A DNA stretch of 63,430 bases, counting the filler, from Nemertoderma westbladi (lineage: Eukaryota; Animalia; Xenacoelomorpha): assembly GCA_032718475.1 (NCBI GenBank). It is 3 parts of 3 records of this genome, joined end to end, with 100 filler letters (N's around TTAATTAATTAA, not from the genome) between each part and the next. Parts side by side here need not be neighbours in the genome. Positions count along the whole stretch, not along the records: positions 24,334 to 40,367 come from JAUCBJ010002951.1; 2 more parts are not named here. One strand, given 5' to 3'. This document shows positions 25,008 through 38,800 of the stretch, one piece after another. Each line of letters opens with the position of its first letter. The first letter of the stretch is position 1. The notes under the pieces are model-generated. The model had not been told where the DNA came from and searched no databases. It saw only the letters and a program-made list of their open reading frames with translations. The position numbers and the translations under genes were made by a program.

Positions 25008-27273
25008 ACGTTGATTTTCGAATAAATACTATACCCGTTTTATATGCCAGGCTAATAATAATATTCCACCTAATTCTACATGCATTTAATTAACACAGAG
25101 GCGAGGCATTAGATTAACGTTACAATGGGAACCTAAAACTCGCTGCCTTTCTACGCGGATTATCTAATCGATAAATATTTTCTGGCGGTTTTAAACCTCG
25201 CGGGAAGACAGCGTCCTCAACCAACGCAATTACCCATCCCATAGGCCAAACCAATTTGGGCAACAATTGCGACCAACTAATTTCGTAATTAAAGGGTCTC
25301 AAACGGCTTTAGGTTATAGTAACTATGACCGGTTGGTGGGTAATTCACTATCGATTCGTCCCATTGTCAGTTACCGGGATTCACTGAAACCCAAGCGAAC
25401 CTCAAACACGCACTTTCTATTTGATTCAATAATATTTGAACCCTTTGATTAATTCTTGGGGGGGGGGGGGGGGGGGGTGAGTTTGTCTGATCTATGAATT
25501 GAATAAGCTTAAACAATAATTGTCAACAAAGATAAAAAGGCTATAATAATTAATGAAGGACAAATCAGACATTTTAAACCGGTTCCTCTTTCTCTCTCGT
25601 ATGCTCGGCTCGTATCTGGACGTATATAATTATTGTATATTATATTAGGTTATATTTATCCTTCACCATTTCTCACATTTATAGTTCGTTACTATATTTC
25701 ATATCTTTCAGTTGTATAATTTTCTAGTCCTATTTCTTTATGATCTTTAAAATATGATAATTTAATTGTTTATATTGTTCAATTGTTTAATAATTTATGA
25801 TAATTTCGCCCCATTTTCGACCTTAAAAGTGATTTAATACCAAATACTGGCTACTGGTTGGTTGTTGGGTGTTGACCAATAATGGCAGCTTGGTTGAATG
25901 ACTCAGCATCAACAGATCAGTATAGGGGCCTACTGGTGTATTATTATACAGCATATGGTACGGTACAGCCTGAAGCGGCAAAGTTGAAAGAAGCGGTCCG
26001 GTACCCTAACCCAATACTGCAACGATGTAATTCCCATATGAGATGTTGTTTGCATTACGGCATACGGTCCCTTTTAGCGCTACCTGGCCTAGGTGTGCAC
26101 TGTAGGCCTACAGTGACTGTCAGCATAACACAGGTGAACGTGACAGGTGAACGTAACTACAGAATGACTACATGAATGATTACAGAAAGTCCAGCAGTCG
26201 CTATAACTGCAGTAGGCCTAACTGCAGTAGGCTGTACTCTCCTAATTTGAGCGCCATCTTGTGGTGTTTTGCAATCATTGGATCACCCCTAACAACCAAT
26301 CAGCAGAGCCAGTATTTGGTATTAAATTGCTTTTAGGGTCGAAAATAGGGCGAAATTATCGGATTTTCTTAATTAAAAAATGTAAAGTGTGCCTTCTAAT
26401 AATATCGATCTCAATGGAGAGCGAGAATTTATTTAAAGTTTTATAATTTCGATATTGTCGTTAATAATTTCGTATTTTTCGTTTTTTTTTTCGGGTTTTA
26501 TAACTCTCCTAGTTTACAGGACTTCAAATGCATATAGATTGTAAGAAAAATAAACAAATATACAATGACTAGAGCCCAGCACCGCACAATATTGAATAAT
26601 TACTTGGTGATACGCATTGTTGTGACAACCTAAAGGCAGTAGGGAAGCTAGTGGAGCCATTAGGTTGATGAGGTAAGGTGGCGCATGGCTTATTGTTTAC
26701 TGTTATAATGAGTGGGGGGGGGGGGTGGGTGGGGGGGGGGGTGTAGAACATGAATGAGGGGGGGGGGGGGGATGGGTGTGGTAGAATGTGAGGAGGGGTT
26801 ATAAAGAAGGGGGGGGAGGGTGGGGGGTATCGGTGGTGTTAGCGTGAAATTTGGATTGGACGAGCATTCAACGGGATATTAATTAATGTATGAGGGATGG
26901 GAATCGGCGTCTGGATTCTGTGGATTAAAGACAACTGGACCAGAGATGGACACGGGCCGGTTTTTTACGACCCGGGCCCATTAATTTTAATTTTATAAAC
27001 AATACAGCATAAAGGAAAATTTTTTTATAACTTTTTCTATAAATTTTCTATAATATTTTCTAAAACTAAAACAATAACAGAGAAAGGAAAAAAAGAACAG
27101 AGAAAGCAGAAAACGGTAGTTTATAAATTATTTCTTACCTTTAATTTCCCTCATTAAGTTCTTTCAACTCCACCCCCACCCCCACGATTATTCTCAATAA
27201 TAAAACTGTAACCTGTTATATTGTGTTTAGTTTATTGTTTTGGTTAAAATAACGTGCCACTGTAACCTGCTCT

Positions 27274-27705
27274 TTGGACGGTTCTCCTCTTTTACACGAT
27301 GGAGAAGCGATTACTGTCGATGAGATTCTTTCTCCTAATGTCGAGCGATTAGCAGTCTATTTATGGCTCCAACTTATTGATGCTCGGCTTCCCAGTTATG
27401 TGGCTCGTGTGTACGCTCATGATCTTCAGACTCGCACATTGAAAGATATACAGCCACTCGTTGTTGATAATGTAGCTTCATTACTGCATGAGCTTAAAAT
27501 GCACATGAAGAAGTATCCTCGATTTCACTTGCTAGAGCCTTTGATCGCAAGGTAAAATTCAATTCAAAGTTTCATTCAAATAATTCAAAGTTTCAATCCA
27601 AAGGCTCTAAAGTTCCACAGAAATTTAAATCCTGTTCGTTTTGTAAAGCTTGTGTTCGAAAATCTGATGGACATTCTATTGATGAATGTTTTCTCTTATC
27701 TCCAT
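27274..27705 (+). mobile_element. LTR retrotransposon gag-like fragment
   Basis: DEILSPNVERLAVYLWLQLIDARLPSYVARVYAHDLQTRTLKDIQP is followed, after a frameshift, by a zinc-knuckle-like CSFCKACVRKSDGHSIDEC. Confidence 0.6.
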
Positions 27706-29104
27706 CTGCTGGCTTTTAGTTATATTACAGCCATACAAGTGTAACAATTAAGCTCTCTTGCCTGTACATTTCATTATAAAATTCGACAACAATATTCAAT
27801 CGATTAATTTAAAATTGTCGATCTAAAACAATAAGTTATTATTTAATATATTATAATTAGAGACCGTTAGGGCTTCTTGCTGTCAAAAAACATATGTTTG
27901 TTTGTTTGTCTGTGTGTGTGCGTGCACATTGATATTGGCTTGGAAGAGAACGTGTTCTACATGTTGGGATGTCGTATAATTGCAGCTTTGACTCTGACTT
28001 CGTTCAATCCAATATTCTACTAAACAATCAGTCAGCTATAATCCCAACAGCTGTCGGGCAGACTTATATTGATGCTGGACGATTATATTAATATGACACC
28101 CCCACTCTCTACCTCCATTATATTAAACCAAACCATTATTAAGAGAAAGCGCCCTCTGGTTTTGTAGAATATTATTATTAGGATACATGCATATTATATG
28201 CTTATATTAAATTGGTTGCTTCATAGTGATGCCGGGATTGGATATGATTGTTAAATATTTGTTCATCTTTTCGCTTCGGACTAACACAGAAACGGAATTA
28301 AGATTTAGTTTTTTCGGTTTGTTGTCTTATAGACGGTCTTCTTTTAGCCAGCTTGCTGGCTTTCTAGTTAAAACTAATAAAGTTTACGTCACATAATAAA
28401 TTATATGAGTAGAGAGTAGTCAGACGATACTGTTTCCAATCTCACCAAATAATTAATTAATTCGTTTGTTTATTGACTTTAAACTATAGTCTCAGATAAA
28501 CTCTCAGATAAAAACACAAACATAATGACTATAGGTCTCTATTGGGAAGGTAACGTGATTCCTCACATTGCGCTAAATAGTACGTATATGGGAAAATATT
28601 ACAATTCACTCTACTCTAACATATTCCCTGCGGGACTTTATTGACCACTACCATATCCCTGGGATGCTTCTTCTAATACATTGACACCTGTGAGACCACT
28701 GTCCACACAATTTAACTCCGGCGACCCAGTTCTTCGCTAGATATTTCTCCCTAGGACCCCGTTGTCAACCATGTTGCCCCCTTAATTGTTACACCTCTAT
28801 CTGGTATATGTTGCCCCCATAGTTAATTTTTTCTTTAATACGTTCCCACGACAACATCCTCTATTTCTCCAACCAGCCCCAGTGGCCCAGTTTTCAACTG
28901 GTCAAATTTTGTGTAAGTTTTGCGTTGCATGGTTCGGTTGCTTGCTGCTTTAACAACTTGAATCCACCGCGACAAATACACATTTACAAAGACGTAAAAA
29001 AAGGCGGTGAAGCGAACCTGTGGGTTACCAGTCATGAGCGACCAAACTTGTTGATAGCTCGTAACTTACCATCAGTTCAAACATTGATTTATAAGTTATT
29101 TTCA

Positions 29105-29215
29105 ATTTAGCCAATCACAGACATGGTTGATTGATTATGTCAGCCAACCACTCTACAAGCTATTGGCCATTGGTTGGTTTCAATTATTTCAGCCAGCTCT
29201 TGGATTGGTAGGAGC
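29105..29215 (+). promoter_or_regulatory. Cluster of CCAAT/ATTGG boxes upstream of Vsx (candidate proximal promoter)
   Basis: AGCCAATCA at ~29109 and ATTGG at ~29162, ~29169 and ~29204, 200-300 bp before the ATG; position only, no functional evidence. Confidence 0.35.
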
Positions 29216-29405
29216 AGTGCCTAATCTCTTCCAACACAAACAAGTTAGATATGACATTCTTAATATAACCATGGAATTCGCAACAAAATCATTATTGTTT
29301 TCATGGTTGTAAACGGCAAATAGATTTGTTACTCAATCATCATTTGTAAAGCATTACATAAGTAATTTATGTTGTTCAATCAGTGTAATTTATAAGTTAT
29401 TATAA

Positions 29406-29811
29406 ATGAACACACAGGACATGCTTTTGGTGGGTCACCCCTCCGCCCATCACGTGCGTTCCGTTACTACCATGCATCCATCACCGTCATCAAAATCAAC
29501 TAGATTCGCCATTCAAGAACTACTGGGACTCAACTCTCGCAGCTCTTCTCCAATCTCAAGAATTCAACCTACTAACATTCCCATGATTACTCATCACCCA
29601 TTCAACTACTTTGGAGGAAGTTTACCCCAAAGCTCACCTACAGCCCACACTTTGGCATTCCCATGCAACCTTCCTTCGCCTACGTATTTTAGGCCAGCAT
29701 TTCCTCCACTTATGTGCAGTTCAGCTTCCAGTCTGTTCGCAGCTGCGGCCACCAAACAACAGCTACTGGATTCTTCTAACGTACATCTAAATATAGATAA
29801 CTCTTGCACAG
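29406..29811 (+). CDS. Vsx: Vsx exon 1 (octapeptide/eh1 motif)
   Basis: ATG at 29406; FAIQELLGL; donor G|GTAGGT, phase 1. Confidence 0.9.
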
Positions 29812-32800
29812 GTAGGTTGGTGTCCATCCAACTAGTACCACTAATGAATATAAACTATAATACACACTGAACACACATAATTATTTATATATTTATTTAA
29901 TATTGCAAAATTCAAAATTAGTATAGTCAGGGGCAAATTCATAAGCGGGTATGAGGGTGCCTGAAAAGGTTCGGTGGAGTCGGGAAGTTTGTAATAGTGC
30001 ATCACTGCATCGATATGAAAAATCGGTTGACATGTATTATGCGGGTCAAAAGTAATGCAAAGTCATCAGCGAACCAAAATTCTGTTGGTATTATGTGTGC
30101 GGTGTAACTAGCCCCCCCCCCCCCCCCCCCGGGGGGGGGGGGGGTGTTTGAGTCTGCCAAACTATGTTTGTGCTAACTGTGTTCACTCTTTTCTCTGTAC
30201 ATGACATATTTTTTAGCTATTTTGATAACTTCGCTTTATAACAATCCACAAGTCTTTAAAAGTCTTTAATAAAAGTGAAATGACAATTTTCTTAACATTC
30301 GACAAATTGTCAAAAAAAAACATTTTGGCGAAATTTCAGACCATCTTTTTAAATGTTAATGTTAGCACAATGGTCTAAGACCATTTAGAGGTTAGCATAT
30401 AATTATAATTGTTCGCAAGATGGCTTGCAGCTTTTGCTGCACGAAGGCCCCACTCGTGTGTCTACTGCTTATAGTGACACGGATCAATATTAAGTGTTTT
30501 GGGGCGTCCTCCAGTGAGACACAATTGCACCATTCTTATTCATAATTGTGGTTGACAATGTTCTACGCATGTCCTTAGATCATCATAATGATGATGGGGT
30601 AATGGTAACTCCACCTGGCTCCAGAAGTCGAGGAAATCCTGCCAAGTACCTATAACTGATCTAGACTTTGCTGTTGACTTAGGAGCACTCTCAGAAACAC
30701 TAGAGGGAGCCCAACGGCTCCTCAGCTCATTAGAACATGCTGCTTCTAGTGTTGGTCTTTTTATTAACTCCCATCAAGTCTCTGACCGGATGAGCATAAG
30801 CTCAAAGGATGGTATGCTAGAGCATGTGGACGACTTCTGTTACCTGGGATCATGGATCCGGAAGTCAGATGAGGTCCTTCGAATACGTAAGGGAAAGGCA
30901 TGGGCAGTCTTGAAATGGCTTTCCAGGATTTGGAAGTCACAGAGAATTAATAGGAAACTTAAGGTCCGATTATTTAGAGCAGCAGTAGTTCAAGTACTCC
31001 TCCATGGGAGTCCATGCTGGGCTCTAACTGCTGAGGACACGAAATCTCTGGATGGCACATTCACAAGAATGCTACGCCGGGTTCATTGTGTCAAGTACAA
31101 TGCACACATCTCCAACCAGACACTATATAACATTGGAGGTGTTTCATTGGTTGCCCCAAGCGTGACACTTAAACGAAACCATACCTCATACCTCCACTTT
31201 GAAGGACATTGCTTTCGCCGTGAGGACCAGCCCGTGCACAATCTTGTGCTTTAGCAGACTTATGTACAGAATACGCATAGGGGGCAGCCCATGACTTTCT
31301 TCAGACACATCTTAAAGGGCACTGCCCTCAAAGATGCGGATAATCTCGCGAAAATTTCCTGTACGTTTCTAGTTATTTAACACTATTCCACCTGGCGTTG
31401 GGCAGAATCTGCCCAACACTTTTTATTTTTAGAAATTCATGATGATGATTTTTATGTATTATTATGAAATTAATTGACTTTTCCTAGAATTTAATTGGCT
31501 TTCTGATGGTTACAGAATATTTTTTTCATCATTTATACTTTTTGTGCTATGGTGTGTTTTTCATATCATAGTCACATTTTTTTATTATAATATCTTTATT
31601 AGCCTAACTGGTAGAAAAGATAATCCGTGGTTGGATAGTTCCCCTGGTCAACAAGCTAGAATACAACCAATTACGGTCCAGGACATTCATTTGGCTGGGT
31701 TGTAAAGTTAAATTCAAACACGAGATTGTCTACTGCTTGGATTAGTACACATCAATCACATTATTTTTTAACAACAAAATACTAAACTGACAGATAAGCA
31801 ATAGTCTACTAGGATAAAACAACCACCATTGAACCCAGTATATTCCTAATGTAATACAGCAGACATAAACAGAGGTGAATAAATCTATTCAATAACAGCA
31901 CCCCTGAGGGTGTTTCTAATTGGCTGCTATTAATTTTACTATTAGTGAATCTTACATTAGTTAACTATCTGCCAAAATATCAAATGTCAACAATCCACAT
32001 TCTTCCATGGTCTATTAATTTTCATTAGGGATGTCTGGCAGAGTTAGGCAGACAGTGGTGTTGGGAGGAGTATGTATAGTATTATCTCATCGTTTTACTA
32101 TAATGGGTTATCTTCATGATAATTAATTTATATGGATATATTATTTTAAATTATGAATATATAAAACTCAGAACAGATGCATTATATATTTTTCTATAAA
32201 CCTGCGAAAATTTGGAAAGTTTTGATAAAATTATCATTACTTTTTAGTGTATAATAAACTGTTGGGCATATTATGCCCAACCCCAGGTGGAATCTCGGAC
32301 AAAAGAGCCCAAGTGGAATAGTGTTAAGTTATTGAGTTATTTTTAATTAGTTAACCACGCAGCCGCTGTTGATCAAGTTTCAAGCCCATTTTCTGAGAGT
32401 TTGATTAGAATATTCAGGCCGAGCAACAGACTTATGTTCTTCTAGAAGGTTGCAGGTGTGGTCTCATGTCCTAGCAGGGTGTCTGTCACACAGGGCAATG
32501 CGCCTGTTCGGTTTGTTTATAAACCACACAAACTACGAACTACACCAGTCGCTCCAGCATACCCCCTCCGCTGATATTCATTTTAATTAATGTGTATTTT
32601 AGTTTAATTAATTAATTGTATTTGTAATGTCACTGCACTGAGCGAGTTTCAAAATAGCCACTGTCCAGTGTCCACGAGACCTATGATGTTTAATTGACTG
32701 TTAAATCTCATAAATGTAAATCGATATAGACCACATATTGTGTCATTTGCGGATAAATTGCCGTTATAGATTTTTAACTGAATCGCCAAGGGAGGTTGCA

Positions 32801-35800
32801 TCAGATGGCTGTTTATGAACATACGTACGTAATATCCAAGCGGGAGGTAAATTGCGTGATAAGACATGAGATAGTAAGAGGTAGGATTCTAAAAGGAAGT
32901 CTACGTTGGGGGTATTTCAGAACTCAATGTGTTTCATTTGTTAACTAGGCCTATTCAAATTCTCCAGGCATTAAAGTCATATAGCAAGTAACCGCAAGTT
33001 GCTCAAATATAAATATATCAACACGATGTAGAATATAAATCAATGTCTTTGGGCTCAGCCAAAACCGGTCGTATGTCACATTGGGCACAACTTCATAAAA
33101 TAAACTATCAAATTTTTCTTCCTTTTCCTTTGCCTACCTATACCAGCTCCGCTCCCTTGCTGTTTTCTAACGGTTGTTTTGTTTATTTAACGCCCATTAA
33201 AAGAGCGACAAGAGAATGAGTTGTTTCAGTTACAGTTAGTATAAAGATGGGTGCGACTTGAACTGTACTCACCGTGTAGTCACAATTATTAATTATAATT
33301 GACCTATAGAGGTATAGAGCTTTAGAGCTATCTTTGTAGTGAATAATGCAGTGAACCACTGGTTCCGTGTTACCATAGTACTGTACTTCCCGCACACCAC
33401 CTAGTGGCTTGAACGGCTATGTGATCTCGTTGGACCATTTACATATATTATTGCCGAGTACATTTTTGGCATCTAAAATAATTTATTATTGATTTATATT
33501 ACATGAAACCCTATCCTTAATTAATATGACAGAAAGACACCAGCAGCAGGATTGTGTGGGTATGGGTGTGAGTAGGAGGACATAGAATTCTCGTTAATTA
33601 AATATAACTACAGTATTAATCTATCTTTATAGGAAGTTCAACCGGAAGCTATGGGCTATCTCCGGATATTTACAGTGGTAGCAATAAGCGCAAGAAAAAA
33701 CGTAGACATCGAACCATATTTACTGCGTTGCAACTAGAAGAACTGGAGGCAGCTTTCGGAGATGCACACTATCCAGACGTTTATGCCAGAGAACTGCTGT
33801 CAATCAAAACAGATTTACCAGAGGATAGAATTCAGGTTAGAGAAGTAGGATTACAACAATGACGTTATTATTACGATGTTATATTTAAATTAGTTAATTA
33901 AAAGAAGGCTCTCCAGGCCAGATAGTGCGCACATTGATCGCAAATGAAAATAGTGATCTTCAGCGCTAATTGACCGCAAGTGAAATAATGTATAGTTTAT
34001 TGTTTTGGTTAGAAAACACCGCCACTGTAACCTGCTCATTTCCCTTTATGTTTTTAATTAAATTAAACTAATTTTTAAAACCCACTAAAATTTATTTTGT
34101 GTTTGCGGTCATTTTGCGCCATTGACTCCATAAGGACTCCATAGGTATAAGGATGTTTGAAAACATATGATTGGTGTGAATTACAGTGGTGGATCTAAGG
34201 AGGCTCATGGGGGATATTAGGGGCATGTGGGGACATTGGGGGTTGCGTGGGGGACATTATCCGCGTACCCCCCTGGCGTAATGCTACGGACACACCAACG
34301 TATTCACCCTTTTTATGCTTCTCAATCTTACTTCACAGTTACTGATAAAAATTTTCTCAGTTGAAAGTCGAATATCTTTTCGAAAACGAACTATAATTAT
34401 TTCATATATGTTTAATGTATTTTTGCACATTGGGAAAGAACAGTAGTTACCATACCGGTAATTACCGTATGCGCATTTCGCACACTTTACATATTTTATT
34501 ATTCGGTAAAGACAAATATGATTTCTAGGTTTGGTTTCAAAATCGGCGAGCTAAGTGGCGCAAGAAAGAGAAGACCTGGGGTAAGAGCACTGTAATGGCC
34601 GAGTACGGATTATATGGCGCCATGGTCAGACATTCACTACCACTACCCGACGCCATACTGCAATCAGCTTGCGAAACAGACGTTAAAGAAAGCTGTGCAC
34701 CTTGGCTCCTAGGTATTTATATTTATATTAGTTGACAATTCAAGTAGCTATAGTAATGGTCATAACCCATATACCCATTTAGTACATTTAATACTAATTA
34801 ATAAATAATTCCTTATTATAATAAGGAATTATTTATTAATTAGTATTAAATGTATTCCTGATACTACTACAACTACTACTAGGTCGGACAGTGGAAATGA
34901 GGAAATGAAATCCTTCCAGGCTTCCCGATTCTCCATAGTTGCCGCAATTTCGTTTCTCCTAAGTTCAGTATCCCTTTCAAGTTGATCTATATATGTTATG
35001 GCCGGTCGTCCACGACTACGCTTTCCATGAGTTGGTTGCCAGAAAAGTAGATCTGGTATGACCTCGTCTTTACTTCGCCAGCAGTGCCCACTGAATCTTA
35101 ATCTGCGTTCACGAAGGGTGGTTGATACAGGTGGTATTGTACCATAAAGCTCGGCGTTTGTCATGTGTTGTCTCCAGCTGATGTTTAGGGCTGCCCTTAG
35201 TAGTCTTGTGTAGCAACCATCAATTCGGTGTTCAAGTGATTTCGTCAGTGTCCAGGTCTCACCCCCGTATAAAAATACACTTTCCACTGTGGCTCGAAAG
35301 AACTTAGTCTTCAGGTGCCTGGAGAGATCTGATTTCCAGATGGTATCCAATTTTGATAGAGCTACCCAAGCCTTTGCTTTCCTAACTTCTATATCTTTTT
35401 TGCTACTCTCTATCCATGATCCTAGGTACTGGAAGTCGTCGACCTTCCTTAGTTGATTATTATCAATTGTTGTCAAGTTTCCATTAACATTAAAAATCAC
35501 GAATTCGGTCTTAGTAGCATTTATATGTAATACAACCTCCTAAGCAGCCCTCTCCACTTTATTTAGTAGAAGCTGTGCATCTGCTAGCGTATTAGATGGA
35601 GATGTCATCCTCAAATTCTGAGTCTGTGACTGTAGTTGCTGGATATCTACTGTACTACTTCTGCGTTCTTAAGTGTGAATCCAATTCTGGTATTCCATAA
35701 ACTACCAAAGTCATGTGCGCAGCGGGGAGATTCTTTTACTTAATTCCTTCAAACAACCCCCTTTAGCGCTAGTACCTAAGCTATTATTGATCTATTTTGG

Positions 35801-38800
35801 TCGTAAACCATTTTGACTCTTATGCAGCAGTTTCTCTATGTGACGTCTAGTTCTATAATTCTTTATAAAATCATTTTAAAAGCACTCCTCATGATATTGG
35901 CATGTTAGTGGGTTTGGTGGGAAATTTAAATTGTATTTTCTTACAATTACGCCAATTTATTACAATTTTCTTACAATTTTCTATTTATATATGTATGTAT
36001 ATAAAATCAAAGAGAAACCAGCCTCCTATCAAAAATGGACCCACCTACAAATAAACACTATTAAACTGCACGAATAACTATATATTAGGTTGTACTGTAC
36101 CCATATTACAGGTTGTGCTGTACCCATCTTGGTGTTTATATATATATTATACATCCAGTTAAAAATAGTGGTGTTTTGAAAAACAACCGAAGTTCAATTA
36201 CTTAAAAGATTTATGGTTTAAAAATTTTATATTTTATGAGTTTTAGATAATTGCCTTTACAGTATATAAAATTATATGGTTCATGTATACCCGTAAACTG
36301 TATATATGTCGTATATACATTATCTATTAAAGGTATGCATAAGAAATCCATAGAAGCCCAACATAAACTAGATGATGTTTGTATTGAAAGTGAGCTTTCA
36401 AATGATGACGTCATTGAAGACCCTAAAATAAGATATCTGAATAATATTGGAGAGTCAGGAAACATTGTTGGTGACAATAACGACAGACAACCGGCAACCA
36501 TAACATATATTCATAGACATTCTACAGAAACGGATATACCAAATATTTCAAAAAATGTGAGTGATAAATATATAGACATACATAATACATGAAGCTTTAG
36601 TATGACAACTGGATATAATTCTTTCCTAAATCATAATAACACAAAGTTTCGTTTTCACTATAAACTATAATAATATGTACGGTACTACTAGAACATAAGT
36701 ACTATTAGGTGTGTGGGTGAGAGTGCGAAATTATGGGCGATCTTCTATAATGATTGGTCATGATTCGCACTGAACATAGGCCTATATGTTCATATAATAT
36801 TTGTTGTGTAACTAGATCGTATGCACGATCTAGCCCCGTTGGTCCTTATATAAATACCCTCGCACTCCTGGGGGATAAGGAACCATCTACTCAGCTACAG
36901 CTACAGAGCCATAAGGCCTGATCAGACGGATTCTAATCTACCAATCAATGGTCAGGAATAGAGCCTTTCATTTTATTGGAATACTCTATTGGATCTACAT
37001 CTGTTAGCAGGGCATCATGATCATGGAATACCAATGGTTCACTGTGACACCAACGGACTGATAATCCAGCCAGGGTTCGGTATTTACAAAAGAGCTGACT
37101 TGGCAAAGAAGCACTCGAACGGTTCAACGAACTGGTGGTGATGTGACGCAGATCCATTCGAAGTGTTATTTTGAGTATGTAAAACTGAGAATGTAAAAAA
37201 AAATCTCAAGTACAATGCATACATCTCCAACCAGACACTATATAACATTGGAGGTGTCTCATTTGTTCCCCCAAGCTTGACATTAGAACAAAGCCGCCTC
37301 CGCTTTGCAGGACATTGTTTTCGGCATGAGGACCAGCCTGTGCACTATCTTGTACTTTGGCAGCCTCATAGGGAAAATAAGCAATGGAAAAAACCCCATG
37401 ACGTTTATAAGACGCCTCTTAAATGTCACTGACTTTGAAGATGCTGATAATCTTGCAAAAGTCGTGGGAGACAGGGAGTTGTAGCCGCGCACATTTGTCA
37501 ATTAATCTGTCATGGTATTCTTAATACACGCTGCATTGGAGATTTCCGAATACAGAGAGATGTGGTTGATGGCGTATAAGGGCTCATACCAACCGAAACC
37601 GAGGAATTGCGAAACCTCGGTAATGACCGGGAAGTGCTAAAATCCAGCCCCCCTATTGCAACCGTCTGAGGAGAGGAAACAGCTGCCAACAGACGCAATT
37701 CTTGGCATATGATTGGATGACTGACATGGCTGATCCCGAACTTTGTATGTGCTGCATAACGCGATGCAACCTTGTGTCGATATGTACAGAATTCGCAGGT
37801 TGCTAGAGTTTACCATTCATAACAAAATTCTTAAAATTTATTAGATTATAGCATCATAACTTAGTAGGATTGTGTTTTCAAACAGTTATAATTATTAGGG
37901 TTTGTTTGAACATAAACAACTAAACCAAAAGCTGACCTAACCCAAACTTAATACATCGATTTATCATAAGCAATGTAAACAAATTTCAATTTCCTCAGGA
38001 TAATAATGTGAAATTCAATTTTAATTAATAAATATTATTAAATATTTAATTTAGTACCTTAAATAAACAAACAGTGTACAGGATTCTTCCAAAAGGAGTT
38101 GAATCTGTCCTCGCTTTGCTTGACTGAGCTCTTTCCCCATAAATTTGGCTTTTAAGTATTAGGCTCTAGGCCTACAGTATTTCTGCAGCCTAAGCTCTAC
38201 TGGTACCAGTAGGTAGGCCTAGTTATGAAGTTCTACAGTACAAGTTTAAACAGTACAATAGATAAACTGTTTTGAATTTCCCTCCAATACTCCACACAAA
38301 GGTTACAGCCTAGTAACTTACGGCAGTGATTTTTTATGTCCTTTTTTTTTACGAATTATGCATAATGACTTTTGTTGTCCTTTTAATGACTTTTATTGTC
38401 CTTTTAATGACTTTTTATGTATGTATTTCTTCAAACTGTCAGACTGCTGATTTCTGGACTGTCAGACAGTTGATTTCACTATGCCTGTGCCAAAACATTC
38501 CATGATTCCATGATTTATAGACTATGAGATAGATTTCCATATGCGCCTGTGGTAAAAGACTCTAAATTTAATAGTTTGTGGTTGTTGTCCATAATCGATT
38601 ACCACATGACGTAGCAAAACACTCATTTTATAGCCAAAAACAATTACCAATTGATGGTAAGGAGCAGATTAAGGCCGAGTTTTCTAACCAAAACAATAAA
38701 CATTCACTTTACCAAATCAGGGAAAGGAGCAGGTTACAGAGACGGGATTTTCTAACCAAAACAATAAACGATCACTTAACTAATTGAGGGAAAGGAGCAG

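Noticed and set aside
24702-25093. Repetitive ORFs (GTKFATH / EQSSLP)
   Set aside because: By-product of a nearly stop-free 22-bp minisatellite read in all frames.
25317-25330. AGTAACTATGAC resembling the 28S rRNA/R2 target region
   Set aside because: Only ~12 bp match with no flanking rRNA similarity; part of a local imperfect palindrome.
26710-26830. G-run cluster as a functional G-quadruplex element
   Set aside because: Poly-G/C runs are scattered throughout this window and their lengths are error-prone; nothing specific supports a function.
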